From an uncultured Candidatus Bathyarchaeia archaeon (GTDB lineage Archaea; Thermoproteota; Bathyarchaeia; 40CM-2-53-6; RBG-13-38-9): DNA of 45,909 nt. Below, in pieces: positions 17,644 through 26,113 of the stretch (position 1 is the first letter of the stretch; each line of letters begins with the position of its first letter). The DNA is taken from NCBI GenBank assembly GCA_964627775.1, contig CAZVKZ010000001.1, positions 1 through 45,909 on the forward strand, given 5' to 3'. Under the pieces are notes generated by a model. The model was not told the DNA's origin, ran no database searches, and saw nothing but the letters and a program-made list of their open reading frames with translations. The position numbers were made by a program, and so were the translations under genes.

Positions 17644-19047
17644 TCAGGTTTCAAATTTTTTCAGCACGAGCTGCGTCTCGGTTGCCGTTACGCCTTCAAT
17701 CTCCCTTATCCTTTCTAGGCTCTCGTTCAGGTCCGCGGTCGAATCTGCTGTGATGGTGACCTCGATATCATAGTTGCCGGTGACCTCGTAGACCTTTGTG
17801 ATTTTCTTGAGTGCTTTGAGTCTTCTGGCTATCGCTGTTGTGTAGACATTTGATTCGCACTTGACTCTTAGAATTGCTTCGACTTTGCTTGGGACCTCGG
17901 CTTTGAGGTTCCTACCGGTCGACTGTTCAGCCAGCTCGATGAGGTCGGCATCCCTAAATCTTGTGATATTAGGTCTCTCTTTTATCGCTTGGACGATGCG
18001 GCTGATCTGGTCGTTGCTGAGGGTGACGCCAAGCCTTTCGAGCCGGGATTTGACAGCGTGGATGCCGGTGTATTTGTCGATGATTATGTCTCTTTGTCTG
18101 CCTATCAGGTCCGGCGGGAAACCTTCGTAGGTTGATGGGTTCGCTAGGACCCCGGCCACGTGGATGCCCGCTTTGTGAGTGAAAGCATTCTCCCCAATAA
18201 TGGGGGTATTCGGTGCTGGGACTATTCCGCTGAGTCTCTCAGACAATAGAGATAGTGAAGGAAGTTGATCAAGCTTCACCGTCTCTATTCCATATATCAC
18301 TTTCAAAGCAACAGCTACCTCGCTGAGCGGCGCGATTCCACTTCTTTCCCCAAGTCCATTGATCGTTACGTGGGCTGCAGTAGCCCCGCCCTCAAGGCCT
18401 GCGAGCGTATTGGCTGTTGCCATGCCAAGATCGTTGTGGCAGTGCGTGTCAAGCTCTGCCTTCAGCCGGCTACTGAGGCTTTGGAACAGCTCGCGCACGC
18501 CTGGGGGAGTCATTATCCCGACAGTGTCCGGGATACTGATTCTGTCCGCTCCAGCCTCTTGTGCGATTTTGCAGATCCTGAGTAGGAAATCTCTATCGGT
18601 TCTCGAAGCATCCTCGGCTGTGAATCTTATCTTCAGCCCATGGCTCTTTGCGTGGTCTATTGCTTTGGTTACAAGCTCTATGGCTTTGTCTTCATCCTTC
18701 CATAGTTTGTGTTGGAGGTGGGATTTTGAGGTCCCAAGGAATATTGCGACCCTGTCAACCTCGCATGAGGCGGCGTTCTCAACATCCGGAACCAGGGCTC
18801 TGCAATGGGCAAGTATTTCTGATTTAAGCCCTTCCCTTGCGATCCTAGTGACAGCTTCTTTGACGTCTTGTGAGACATTTGGATCCCCCGCCTCGATCAT
18901 GTGGACTCCAATCTCATCGAGTTTTCGTGCTAGCTCAAGCTTCTCTTCTATTGTGAAGGTGACGCCTGGGGTCTGCTCTCCTTCTCTCAAAGTCGTATCA
19001 AGGATGAGTACATTTTTGGGTATCTTTCTTTCACTCAATTGAATCAC
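17644..19047 (-). CDS. Homocitrate synthase-type enzyme with C-terminal RAM (Lrp/AsnC ligand-binding) domain
   Basis: 467 aa, GTG start overlapping the lysK stop (GTGA). ILDTTLREGEQTPGV, HCHNDLGMATANTLA. The last ~80 aa (VYEVTGNYDIEVTITADSTADL...GVTATETQLVLKKF) look like an AsnC-type RAM domain. Confidence 0.75.
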   Translation of the reverse strand: MIQLSERKIPKNVLILDTTLREGEQTPGVTFTIEEKLELARKLDEIGVHMIEAGDPNVSQDVKEAVTRIAREGLKSEILAHCRALVPDVENAASCEVDRVAIFLGTSKSHLQHKLWKDEDKAIELVTKAIDHAKSHGLKIRFTAEDASRTDRDFLLRICKIAQEAGADRISIPDTVGIMTPPGVRELFQSLSSRLKAELDTHCHNDLGMATANTLAGLEGGATAAHVTINGLGERSGIAPLSEVAVALKVIYGIETVKLDQLPSLSLLSERLSGIVPAPNTPIIGENAFTHKAGIHVAGVLANPSTYEGFPPDLIGRQRDIIIDKYTGIHAVKSRLERLGVTLSNDQISRIVQAIKERPNITRFRDADLIELAEQSTGRNLKAEVPSKVEAILRVKCESNVYTTAIARRLKALKKITKVYEVTGNYDIEVTITADSTADLNESLERIREIEGVTATETQLVLKKFET

Positions 19048-20147
19048 GTTATTTGTGAATTGCGAAGGTCAAAGAGTCGCGGGATGGCCTCCTGGTAAAC
19101 CCTGATGCTCGTGAGGTACTCCTCCACTGAGATGTGCTCGTTTGGGGTGTGGTCAAGATGGGAGTCGCCGGGTCCATACGAGATCATCGGCATCTTCATG
19201 CTCGCCCCCAGTTCATTCATATCACCGGTGCCCGTCTTTCGAAGCAGGGTCGGGCTTTTTCCGCAGACCTTCCTGATAGAGTAAGATAGAGCCCTGACAA
19301 GCGGGGATCTTGGATCTGACTCGTAGGCTGGAACCGATCCTAGGGAGCTTAGCCTCAGTCGTGTCTCCTCACCGGGCTTGTTGAGCCCCTCGACTATTCC
19401 CTTTAGTCTTGCGAATGTCTCCTCAGTGGAGAGTTGTGGAGGTGTTCGTACATCTATCTCCGCTTTGCATCGTGAAGGAATCATTCCTGATGAGCCCCCA
19501 CCCTCGATCCTCGTCAAGCATGAAGTTACTGAGTAGAATCGGCTTTCAGCCTTCTCCTCCTCGAAGTGGTTCCGTTTTATCGCCTCCCAACACTCATAGC
19601 ACTTCTCGATCGCGTTGTCAGAGAGCCATGGCGCTGATGAATGGCCTGTTGATGTTGTGCATTCGAGCAGCAGATGGAGGCCACCTTTGTATCCTATTGT
19701 TATGTTCCAGGCTCTGCTTGGTTCTCCGAATACAGCGTAATCAGCCTCAACATTTTCCTTGATGAGCTGTTTTACTCCTTTTCCATTTCCTTCCTCGTCC
19801 ACCAAGCAGGCCATGATTATTCGTCCTCCGGAATCCTCTACCTTTGATGCTCCAACAATCATGCTTGCAAGTGAAGCCTTTGCGTCGACCGCCCCTCTGC
19901 CGTAAAGTAGATCATTCTCGAGTCTGACATCTAACTCTCCTGGAACCGTATCCATGTGTCCACAGAGTAGCAGTGTTGGGGGCCCTTCGCCGTGGGTACC
20001 GATTACGTTCCCCACCTCATCGAGGCGGACTTTGAAGTCTCTTCTCGCGAGCTCTTCTCGGAGATACTCTGCGAGGGATGCCTCTTCTCCGCTGGGGCTG
20101 TAAAGCCGGAGCATCTCGGTCAGAAGTTCAAGCTCGTGGGCGGTCAT
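19044..20147 (-). CDS. lysK: [LysW]-lysine/[LysW]-ornithine hydrolase (M20 peptidase, ArgE/LysK)
   Basis: 367 aa. LLLCGHMDTV and DEEGNGKG metal-binding motifs. Position in the lysW cluster. Confidence 0.8.
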   Translation of the reverse strand: MTAHELELLTEMLRLYSPSGEEASLAEYLREELARRDFKVRLDEVGNVIGTHGEGPPTLLLCGHMDTVPGELDVRLENDLLYGRGAVDAKASLASMIVGASKVEDSGGRIIMACLVDEEGNGKGVKQLIKENVEADYAVFGEPSRAWNITIGYKGGLHLLLECTTSTGHSSAPWLSDNAIEKCYECWEAIKRNHFEEEKAESRFYSVTSCLTRIEGGGSSGMIPSRCKAEIDVRTPPQLSTEETFARLKGIVEGLNKPGEETRLRLSSLGSVPAYESDPRSPLVRALSYSIRKVCGKSPTLLRKTGTGDMNELGASMKMPMISYGPGDSHLDHTPNEHISVEEYLTSIRVYQEAIPRLFDLRNSQIT

Positions 20148-21348
20148 TTTCCTCCTCCGATAGGACTATGTCCATTGTGTCAGCTACCTTGTCGAGATCT
20201 TCCTTTGTTATTACCAATGGTGGTAGGAAGCGGACTATGTTCCTTCCAGCGTCGAGCGCGAGTACTCCTCTTCCCATTAGTCTCTGGATTGTGTTGTAGA
20301 CATCGAATCTGGACTCGACGCCTATCATCAAGCCCTTTCCTCTGACCTCACGGATGGTGCTGTGTTTGGCTTGTAGGTTCCTCAGTCTCTGCATGAAGTG
20401 GACTCCGAGCTCAGCAGCTCTTTCGGGCAATCGTTCAGAGATGAGTATGTCGATTGCGGCTGAGGCGGACGCGCAGACAAGAGGGTTGCCGCCAAAGGTT
20501 GTTGAGTGCTCCCCAAGTTTTAGTGAGGACATTATCTCCTGTTTGGCGATAGTTATCCCAAGGGGCAGTCCACCGCCTACAGCCTTTGCCATACACATGA
20601 CATCGGGGGTAGTAGCTGCGTGTTCGCATGCGAATATCTTGCCGGTTCGGCCGAAACCGGTTTGAACCTCATCCGCAATCATGATTACGCCTCTCTCATC
20701 GCAGATCTCTTTGACCTCTTTGAGATATCCCTCTGGTGGAACCTTAACTCCACCTTCGCCCTGAATGGGTTCCACTATGACTGCTGCAGTGTCGCCTGTT
20801 AGGGCGTCCCTGAGTCTGGCGGGGTTTCCGTATGGTACATGCTTGAAACCTGGAACCAAAGGCAGGAAGGGCTCGCGGTACTTCTTTTCCCATGTGGCTG
20901 AGAGGGCGCCCATAGTCTTTCCGTGGTAGGAGCCCATCATCGCTATCACCTCTTTCTTTCCGGTGTATTTTCTGGCAAGTTTGAATGCGCATTCAACCGC
21001 TTCGGCACCGCTGTTTGAGAGGAATGCTTTGTCTAGGCCTTTAGGGGTGATCCGGACCAGCTTCTCCAGTAGTTCTGATCTTGCCTCATTGTATAGTGAG
21101 CCGTGGCAGGAGATTAGGACTTCAGACTGTTCTTTTATGGCTTTGACTACTTTGGGGTGGCAGTGTCCGACTATAGCGACACCGTAGCTTCCCATGCAGT
21201 CGATGTATTCTTTATTGTTGATGTCCCAGATCTTTGCGCCTTGACCTTTGACTGCGACGAGGCTCTTCTTGGCGTAGACGTTTGCCATGTGAGTCTGTTC
21301 GATCTGAATGATCTCTTTCTCGTTCATCTTTCTATCACGGTTCCGCAT
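20128..21348 (-). CDS. lysJ: [LysW]-aminoadipate semialdehyde / acetylornithine-type aminotransferase
   Basis: 406 aa class III PLP aminotransferase (DEVQTGFGRTGK). The likely real start is the ATG at 21327, forming an ATGA overlap with the lysZ stop. Confidence 0.85.
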   Translation of the reverse strand: MRNRDRKMNEKEIIQIEQTHMANVYAKKSLVAVKGQGAKIWDINNKEYIDCMGSYGVAIVGHCHPKVVKAIKEQSEVLISCHGSLYNEARSELLEKLVRITPKGLDKAFLSNSGAEAVECAFKLARKYTGKKEVIAMMGSYHGKTMGALSATWEKKYREPFLPLVPGFKHVPYGNPARLRDALTGDTAAVIVEPIQGEGGVKVPPEGYLKEVKEICDERGVIMIADEVQTGFGRTGKIFACEHAATTPDVMCMAKAVGGGLPLGITIAKQEIMSSLKLGEHSTTFGGNPLVCASASAAIDILISERLPERAAELGVHFMQRLRNLQAKHSTIREVRGKGLMIGVESRFDVYNTIQRLMGRGVLALDAGRNIVRFLPPLVITKEDLDKVADTMDIVLSEEENDRPRA

Positions 21349-22130
21349 TTGTTCTCGATCGATCGGGAGATGGGGGAGGGTTCCAGTCCTGGCGCTATGA
21401 CCACCTTCTTTACGCCGAGGTCGATCGCCTCAATGGCAGCGTAGATCTTAGTTATCATCCCGTGCCCTATTCTTGGGAGAGCGTCCTTGGCTTCCACGGC
21501 GTTCATCTTTGTCATGAATTGTCCATCTAGACTGATGCCTTTGACATCCGTCAGGAGTATGAGCATGTCAGCTTTCACCGAGCCAGCTATGTTGGCGGCC
21601 ATGCGATCTCCATCCGTATTTAGCGGCTCACATTCTGCTCCAAGCGCTACTGGTGCGATGACGGGTATGTACCCATTATTGACTAAGAGTTCTAGGAGGG
21701 AGGCGTTAACCTTGGTTATCTTGCCTGTGTATCCACCCTCTATGATTTGTTTCCTTCCTCTCTCGTCTATGATTACAAGTTGCTTCTTCCGTTCAGCCGA
21801 TGCTAGAGAGCCATCTAGGCCTGAGAGTCCGATTGCGTTTACGCCTTGGCGCTGCAGTGCGATGACCATATCCTTGTTGATCTTTCCAGACATGACCATC
21901 GTGTAAATCTCAACAGTTTCGCGGTCAGTGTATCTGCTCCTGAAGCCCTCGGGTGAGACTATGAATTTCTGCTCTTTTCCAAGCTTTGTGGCTATCTCTG
22001 TTACTTTGGCGCCTCCACCGTGTACGATAACGATCTTGTTATTTGCAGTAGCGCTCTTGACGTCGTTTACGAACTCTTCTGAGACACCTTCCTCAAGTGT
22101 GCTCCCGCCAAGTTTTACGACCAGAAGCAT
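21324..22130 (-). CDS. lysZ: [LysW]-aminoadipate/[LysW]-glutamate kinase
   Basis: 268 aa amino-acid kinase fold (VVKLGGS..., VIVHGGG). Confidence 0.85.
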   Translation of the reverse strand: MLLVVKLGGSTLEEGVSEEFVNDVKSATANNKIVIVHGGGAKVTEIATKLGKEQKFIVSPEGFRSRYTDRETVEIYTMVMSGKINKDMVIALQRQGVNAIGLSGLDGSLASAERKKQLVIIDERGRKQIIEGGYTGKITKVNASLLELLVNNGYIPVIAPVALGAECEPLNTDGDRMAANIAGSVKADMLILLTDVKGISLDGQFMTKMNAVEAKDALPRIGHGMITKIYAAIEAIDLGVKKVVIAPGLEPSPISRSIENKCGTVIER

Positions 22131-22136
22131 CTTTGG

Positions 22137-23189
22137 TCACGCAGGATAGATTGAGGGAGCTGAGATCCCAGTCTTTTCGTCAATCCCAAGCATTATGTTG
22201 AGGCATTGTATAGCCTGACCCGAGGCTCCCTTGACGAGGTTGTCGATTGCGCTCAGAATGACGAGCCTGTCTATGTGAGTATCGATCTCGAATCCTATGT
22301 CGCAGAAATTTGTGCCCATAGTCACTTTCGGGTCCGGTAGCTGGTGGAGGCCTTTTCGATCCTTTACAAGCCTGACGAAGGGTTCACTGCCATACATTGA
22401 TCTGTATATCTTCCAGATCTCCGGAAGGGTTGGACTCTTGATTGGGAATGTGTGTATCGTTGCCAGTATTCCGCGGATTATTGGAATGGCATGCGGGGTG
22501 AAAGATATCTTTGGCCTAGTACTTGTTAGGAGGGAGAGTTCCTGATCCATCTCTGGGATATGTCTATGACCGACTACCTTGTAGGGTCTGACGCCGTTGG
22601 CGCGCTCAGGGTGATGGGAGGCTTTTGTTGGCGTATTGCCGGCTCCTGAGGAACCTATCTTTGCGTCCACGACTATATGCCCCGGCTCAATGAGCCGCTC
22701 TTTTATTGGGGGTGCGAGTGCAAGGATCGTTGCCGTGGCCATGCATCCTGCGCATGCGACGAGTCTTGCATTCCTTATCTCTTCTCTGTGTAGTTCTGGG
22801 AGACCATAGATAGCCTCTTTGAGAAGTTCGGGGTGTGGATGTGTCCACCCATACCATTTTGGATAGTCTGCTGGATCCTTAAGCCTGTAGTCTGCTCCTA
22901 GATCTATCACTTTGATGCCGGTCTCCAGCAGCTTTGGCACCAGTTCTGCCGAGGTCCCGTGCGGGATTGCTGTGAATACTAGATCTGAATTCGAGGTTAT
23001 CGCTGATAGATTCAGCGGTGAAAACTTCAGCTCTGTATATCCGCGCAGGTTCGGATGGATACGGAACACATATTCGTCTACGTTACTTCTCGAAACGACA
23101 TTTGTTATCTCAACTTTCGGATGGAACAGCAGATTTCGTATTAGTTCTCCGCCCGTGTATCCGGAGCCACCTATTATTGAGATCTTCAT
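22137..23189 (-). CDS. lysY: [LysW]-aminoadipyl/glutamyl-phosphate reductase
   Basis: 350 aa ArgC family (IIGGSGYTGGEL and the catalytic Cys region ACAGCMATA). Confidence 0.85.
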   Translation of the reverse strand: MKISIIGGSGYTGGELIRNLLFHPKVEITNVVSRSNVDEYVFRIHPNLRGYTELKFSPLNLSAITSNSDLVFTAIPHGTSAELVPKLLETGIKVIDLGADYRLKDPADYPKWYGWTHPHPELLKEAIYGLPELHREEIRNARLVACAGCMATATILALAPPIKERLIEPGHIVVDAKIGSSGAGNTPTKASHHPERANGVRPYKVVGHRHIPEMDQELSLLTSTRPKISFTPHAIPIIRGILATIHTFPIKSPTLPEIWKIYRSMYGSEPFVRLVKDRKGLHQLPDPKVTMGTNFCDIGFEIDTHIDRLVILSAIDNLVKGASGQAIQCLNIMLGIDEKTGISAPSIYPA

Positions 23190-23190
23190 A

Positions 23191-24048
23191 CTACTTCCTC
23201 ACCTTGCTGACTGCGTAATCCAGAATCAAGCCTGGGATGTCCACACCGGTAGCTGGAACACTGTTTCTGAATTCTGTCGTATAATTCACCTCATGAATCG
23301 TTAGACCTTTGTCTCCTTCCATCATGTCGACACCGTAGATTCCCTCACCGAAGACACTCGCTGCCCTTAAGGCGAGCTCCTCCATCTCAGGAGTAACCTT
23401 GCATGATTCCGCACGACCTCCTCGTGAGGTGTTTGTTCGCCACTCATCGGGAGGCGCGTACCTGTATATGGCCGCCACAACTGAGTTGCCTATCACGAAA
23501 CACCTTATGTCTCTTGATGGTCGCTGGACCATCTCTTGAATGTAGTATACCTGGTATAGTGGGAACATGTTCTCGCGATCCTCCAGTATCGCCCTCGCCG
23601 ATTCCGGATCCTTCAGGGGGGCAACGAGTCGCCCCCAGCTTCCTATGACGGGTTTGATGACCGCTGGATATCCAATCTCAAGAAGAGCCTTGAGGGCGGA
23701 TTCAACGCTGAAAGCAACAGCTGTTTTCGGAGTTGGGATCTTCATCTTTGCCATCTCGAGTGTTGCCAGGAGTTTGTTGCCACAGGTCAGGGCTATTCTT
23801 GAGGAGTTGATGACATTTATTCCTCTGTTTTCCAGCAGGGCTGTAAGGTGTACACTGCGGAAGTAACTTACACACCTTTGCAGGATCACTTCTTCGAAGG
23901 GTTCTCTACGAGAGACTTCAAGAGCATGCAGGCAGGTTTGTTCAGAATCGTGAAGTTGAAGTCTTATGGACTTCTTCCTAGCGGCATCTACCAGTAGGCG
24001 CTCCTCGGGCCTCAGCTGATCGTAGAGCATCCCGATGGCGCTACTCAA
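23191..24048 (-). CDS. lysX: LysX-type ATP-grasp ligase (alpha-aminoadipate--LysW ligase)
   Basis: 285 aa RimK/LysX ATP-grasp protein. The ORF-track start is a TTG at 24048. The ATG at 24030 (MLYDQLRPEE) matches typical LysX N-termini better. Confidence 0.8.
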   Translation of the reverse strand: MSSAIGMLYDQLRPEERLLVDAARKKSIRLQLHDSEQTCLHALEVSRREPFEEVILQRCVSYFRSVHLTALLENRGINVINSSRIALTCGNKLLATLEMAKMKIPTPKTAVAFSVESALKALLEIGYPAVIKPVIGSWGRLVAPLKDPESARAILEDRENMFPLYQVYYIQEMVQRPSRDIRCFVIGNSVVAAIYRYAPPDEWRTNTSRGGRAESCKVTPEMEELALRAASVFGEGIYGVDMMEGDKGLTIHEVNYTTEFRNSVPATGVDIPGLILDYAVSKVRK

Positions 24049-24222
24049 CTATTCACCCCAGTCTTCTCTTTCTATCGTAACTTGCACGAGCCCTACCTTT
24101 GACTGGTCCTTCTTCACCTGCAATTCGAGTCCGCAATCCGGGCAGACTACTATCTCACCGTCGATTGCATCGTCTGGAATCTTAACGTCAGCTGAGCAGT
24201 CCGGGCACTTCTGGCTTTCCAC
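24049..24222 (-). CDS. lysW: Amino-group carrier protein LysW (copy 1)
   Basis: Hand translation gives (GTG)ESQKCPDCSADVKIPDDAIDGEIVVCPDCGLELQVKKDQSKVGLVQVTIEREDWGE*. 57 aa with a CxxC...CxxC zinc ribbon and the diagnostic C-terminal EDWGE. A GAAGAGGTG SD-like element lies upstream. Not in the ORF track. Confidence 0.85.
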   Translation of the reverse strand: MESQKCPDCSADVKIPDDAIDGEIVVCPDCGLELQVKKDQSKVGLVQVTIEREDWGE

Positions 24223-24260
24223 ACTGAAGCACCTCTTCCACTAGAAGAATATCGTACTCT

Positions 24261-24273
24261 TATTAAAGATTTC
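24261..24273 (-). promoter_or_regulatory. Candidate BRE/TATA promoter element of the lysW operon
   Basis: The minus strand reads GAAATCTTTAATA, 39-51 nt upstream of the lysW GTG. Identical to the 13-mer upstream of leuC. Confidence 0.45.
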
Positions 24274-24445
24274 GGTATTTTCAGCCTTCCAGATTACATA
24301 TTCTATAAAAAAAGTACGATATCTGTATTTCTCTAATGTATCTGAAAGAGGCTCAACTAGTGCCAGCTCACAAAGATTTGACTTCTATGCGCGATAGAAT
24401 CATTAAAATTAGGTCAATGTGCTAGCATGGTATCGGCGATAGACT

Positions 24446-24856
24446 CTGGACGAAAAAGACCAAAAGATAATTAACATCTTGAAAGAGGATGGAAGAGCGG
24501 CATACGTAGACATCGGCAAGAAAACAGGCTTGTCAGAGGGCGCCGTTAGAAAAAGAATCTACACGCTTATGCAGTCAGGCGACATCAAGAGATTCACCAT
24601 TGAGACAGGATTCAAGACCGGCGCCAAGGCAATCACCCTTCTATCAGTAAGCCCCGCGTACCCCACATCAAGCATCTCACAGGAACTGATCAAGGTTCAA
24701 AACATAGAAACAGTGCATGAAGTCACAGGCCAGTACGACATAGTCGTAATGATCTCGGGCTCAAACATAACCGAAGTCAATCGCTGCATCGAGGAAATAA
24801 GAGGCGTGAAGGGAGTCTCAAACACCAACACAATGATAATATTGCGCCAATGGTGA
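24446..24856 (+). CDS. Lrp/AsnC-family transcription regulator (LysM-like by context); N-terminus unresolved
   Basis: Frame open from 24443. Encodes (T)LDEKDQKIINILKEDGRAAYVDIGKKTGLSEGAVRKRIYTLMQSGDI (wHTH) plus a RAM domain (VHEVTGQYDIVVMI). The ORF track starts at TTG 24479, which would delete HTH helix 1. No ATG/GTG/TTG lies between the in-frame TAG (24440-24442) and 24479. Confidence 0.75.
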   Translation: MDEKDQKIINILKEDGRAAYVDIGKKTGLSEGAVRKRIYTLMQSGDIKRFTIETGFKTGAKAITLLSVSPAYPTSSISQELIKVQNIETVHEVTGQYDIVVMISGSNITEVNRCIEEIRGVKGVSNTNTMIILRQW

Positions 24857-24955
24857 CATCTCGAGAAGAAATGCAAAAGAAAATCTTTTAAGCTGAGCGT
24901 CAGTTACGCATTCAGAATCTAAGAGAGTTTTGCCAGCACGAGTGCCAGAAACGGA

Positions 24956-25129
24956 ATGAAATGCAAATGCTCCGAATGTGACGGCGAAATCAATATGCCC
25001 AAAGATGCCGTCAACGGTGAAATAGTCACATGCCCCGACTGCGGTCTCGAATTTGAACTATCAGTCGATGAGCATGGAAAGTGCACTCTAAAAGTCGCTG
25101 AGGTCGTCGGCGAAGATTGGGGAGAGTGA
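24956..25129 (+). CDS. lysW: Amino-group carrier protein LysW/ArgW-like (copy 2)
   Basis: Hand translation gives MKCKCSECDGEINMPKDAVNGEIVTCPDCGLEFELSVDEHGKCTLKVAEVVGEDWGE*. 57 aa with a zinc ribbon and C-terminal EDWGE. Not in the ORF track. Confidence 0.85.
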   Translation: MKCKCSECDGEINMPKDAVNGEIVTCPDCGLEFELSVDEHGKCTLKVAEVVGEDWGE

Positions 25130-25139
25130 GACGCCGTCT

Positions 25140-26000
25140 TTGGCGAAGGTTTTTTCAATAGTCTTTGACCGGACACGTTGGGAAGAGAAAGCCCTCATAA
25201 AGGCAGCCAGACGCAAGCGAATACAAACCAATCTTATTGACGCGAAGAACATCTCCTTCGACTTAGTTACTCGATGCGACACAGAATCCTTCGGCGACAT
25301 CGTACTCCAGCGCTGCATCAGCTACTTTAGAGGGTTACACATAACCGCGATCCTCGAGAAGAACGCTATGAGAGTGGTAAACTCATTCGACACATCTCTG
25401 ATCTGCGGAAACAAACTGCTCACATCTCTGGCACTTGCCAAGGCAAAAGTCCCGACCCCGAAGACTTATGTCGCATTCACTCCCGAGGCAGCCCTAGACA
25501 CCATAGACAAGATCGGATACCCAGCAGTAATAAAACCAGTCGTAGGAAGCTGGGGAAGATTGGTCTCGCCTGTCAACGACAGAGCCACGGCAGAGGCTAT
25601 CCTCGAACATAGGGAACAGATGGGCAGCTCGCTGCTCCAAATACACTACATTCAAGAGATGGTAAACAGACCTCCAAGAGACATAAGAGCAATAGTAGTG
25701 GGCGACGAAGTAATAACAGCCGTGTATCGTAGCTCGCCATTGAATGTTTGGAGAACTAACGTAGCCCTCGGCGCAACTACAACTCCATGCCCAATCACCA
25801 ATGAACTAGAAGATCACGCATTGAGAGCTGCAAAAGCCGTCGGCGGCGGAGTGCTAGCGGTGGACTCCATGGAAAGTCCGAGTGGCAACGTAGTCCATGA
25901 GGTCAATTCAACAATAGAATTCCGAGGCGCCGCAGGTGCCACGGGAGTCAACATCGCGACAAAAATCATAGAGCATCTTGTGAGCATCACCAAAAGATAA
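25140..26000 (+). CDS. argX: Second LysX/ArgX-type ATP-grasp ligase (probably glutamate--LysW ligase)
   Basis: 286 aa, TTG start 10 nt after the lysW copy 2 stop. Collinear with the LysX paralog at 23191-24048. Followed by argG. Confidence 0.75.
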   Translation: MAKVFSIVFDRTRWEEKALIKAARRKRIQTNLIDAKNISFDLVTRCDTESFGDIVLQRCISYFRGLHITAILEKNAMRVVNSFDTSLICGNKLLTSLALAKAKVPTPKTYVAFTPEAALDTIDKIGYPAVIKPVVGSWGRLVSPVNDRATAEAILEHREQMGSSLLQIHYIQEMVNRPPRDIRAIVVGDEVITAVYRSSPLNVWRTNVALGATTTPCPITNELEDHALRAAKAVGGGVLAVDSMESPSGNVVHEVNSTIEFRGAAGATGVNIATKIIEHLVSITKR

Positions 26001-26113
26001 AGCTCTACACTCCAAAATCACAATTCCGATTGCGTAATCAAACACGATTGAAAGAAAACTTTTCAAACCTCAGCTCATACTGAAATTGATAACTAATCCG
26101 AGAAGGATCAAGA

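Noticed and set aside
24035-24244. 69-aa plus-strand ORF from the track
   Set aside because: It is the antisense shadow of the minus-strand lysW gene (24049-24222), which has a zinc ribbon and an EDWGE terminus. The plus-strand product has no recognisable features.
24427-24448. Mini BHB intron that would join ATG 24427 to the Lrp reading frame
   Set aside because: I tested removals of 10, 13 and 16 nt. None gives a 4-bp central helix with symmetric 3-nt bulges.
24919-25176. 85-aa minus-strand ORF from the track
   Set aside because: It is the antisense shadow of the plus-strand second lysW gene (24956-25129).
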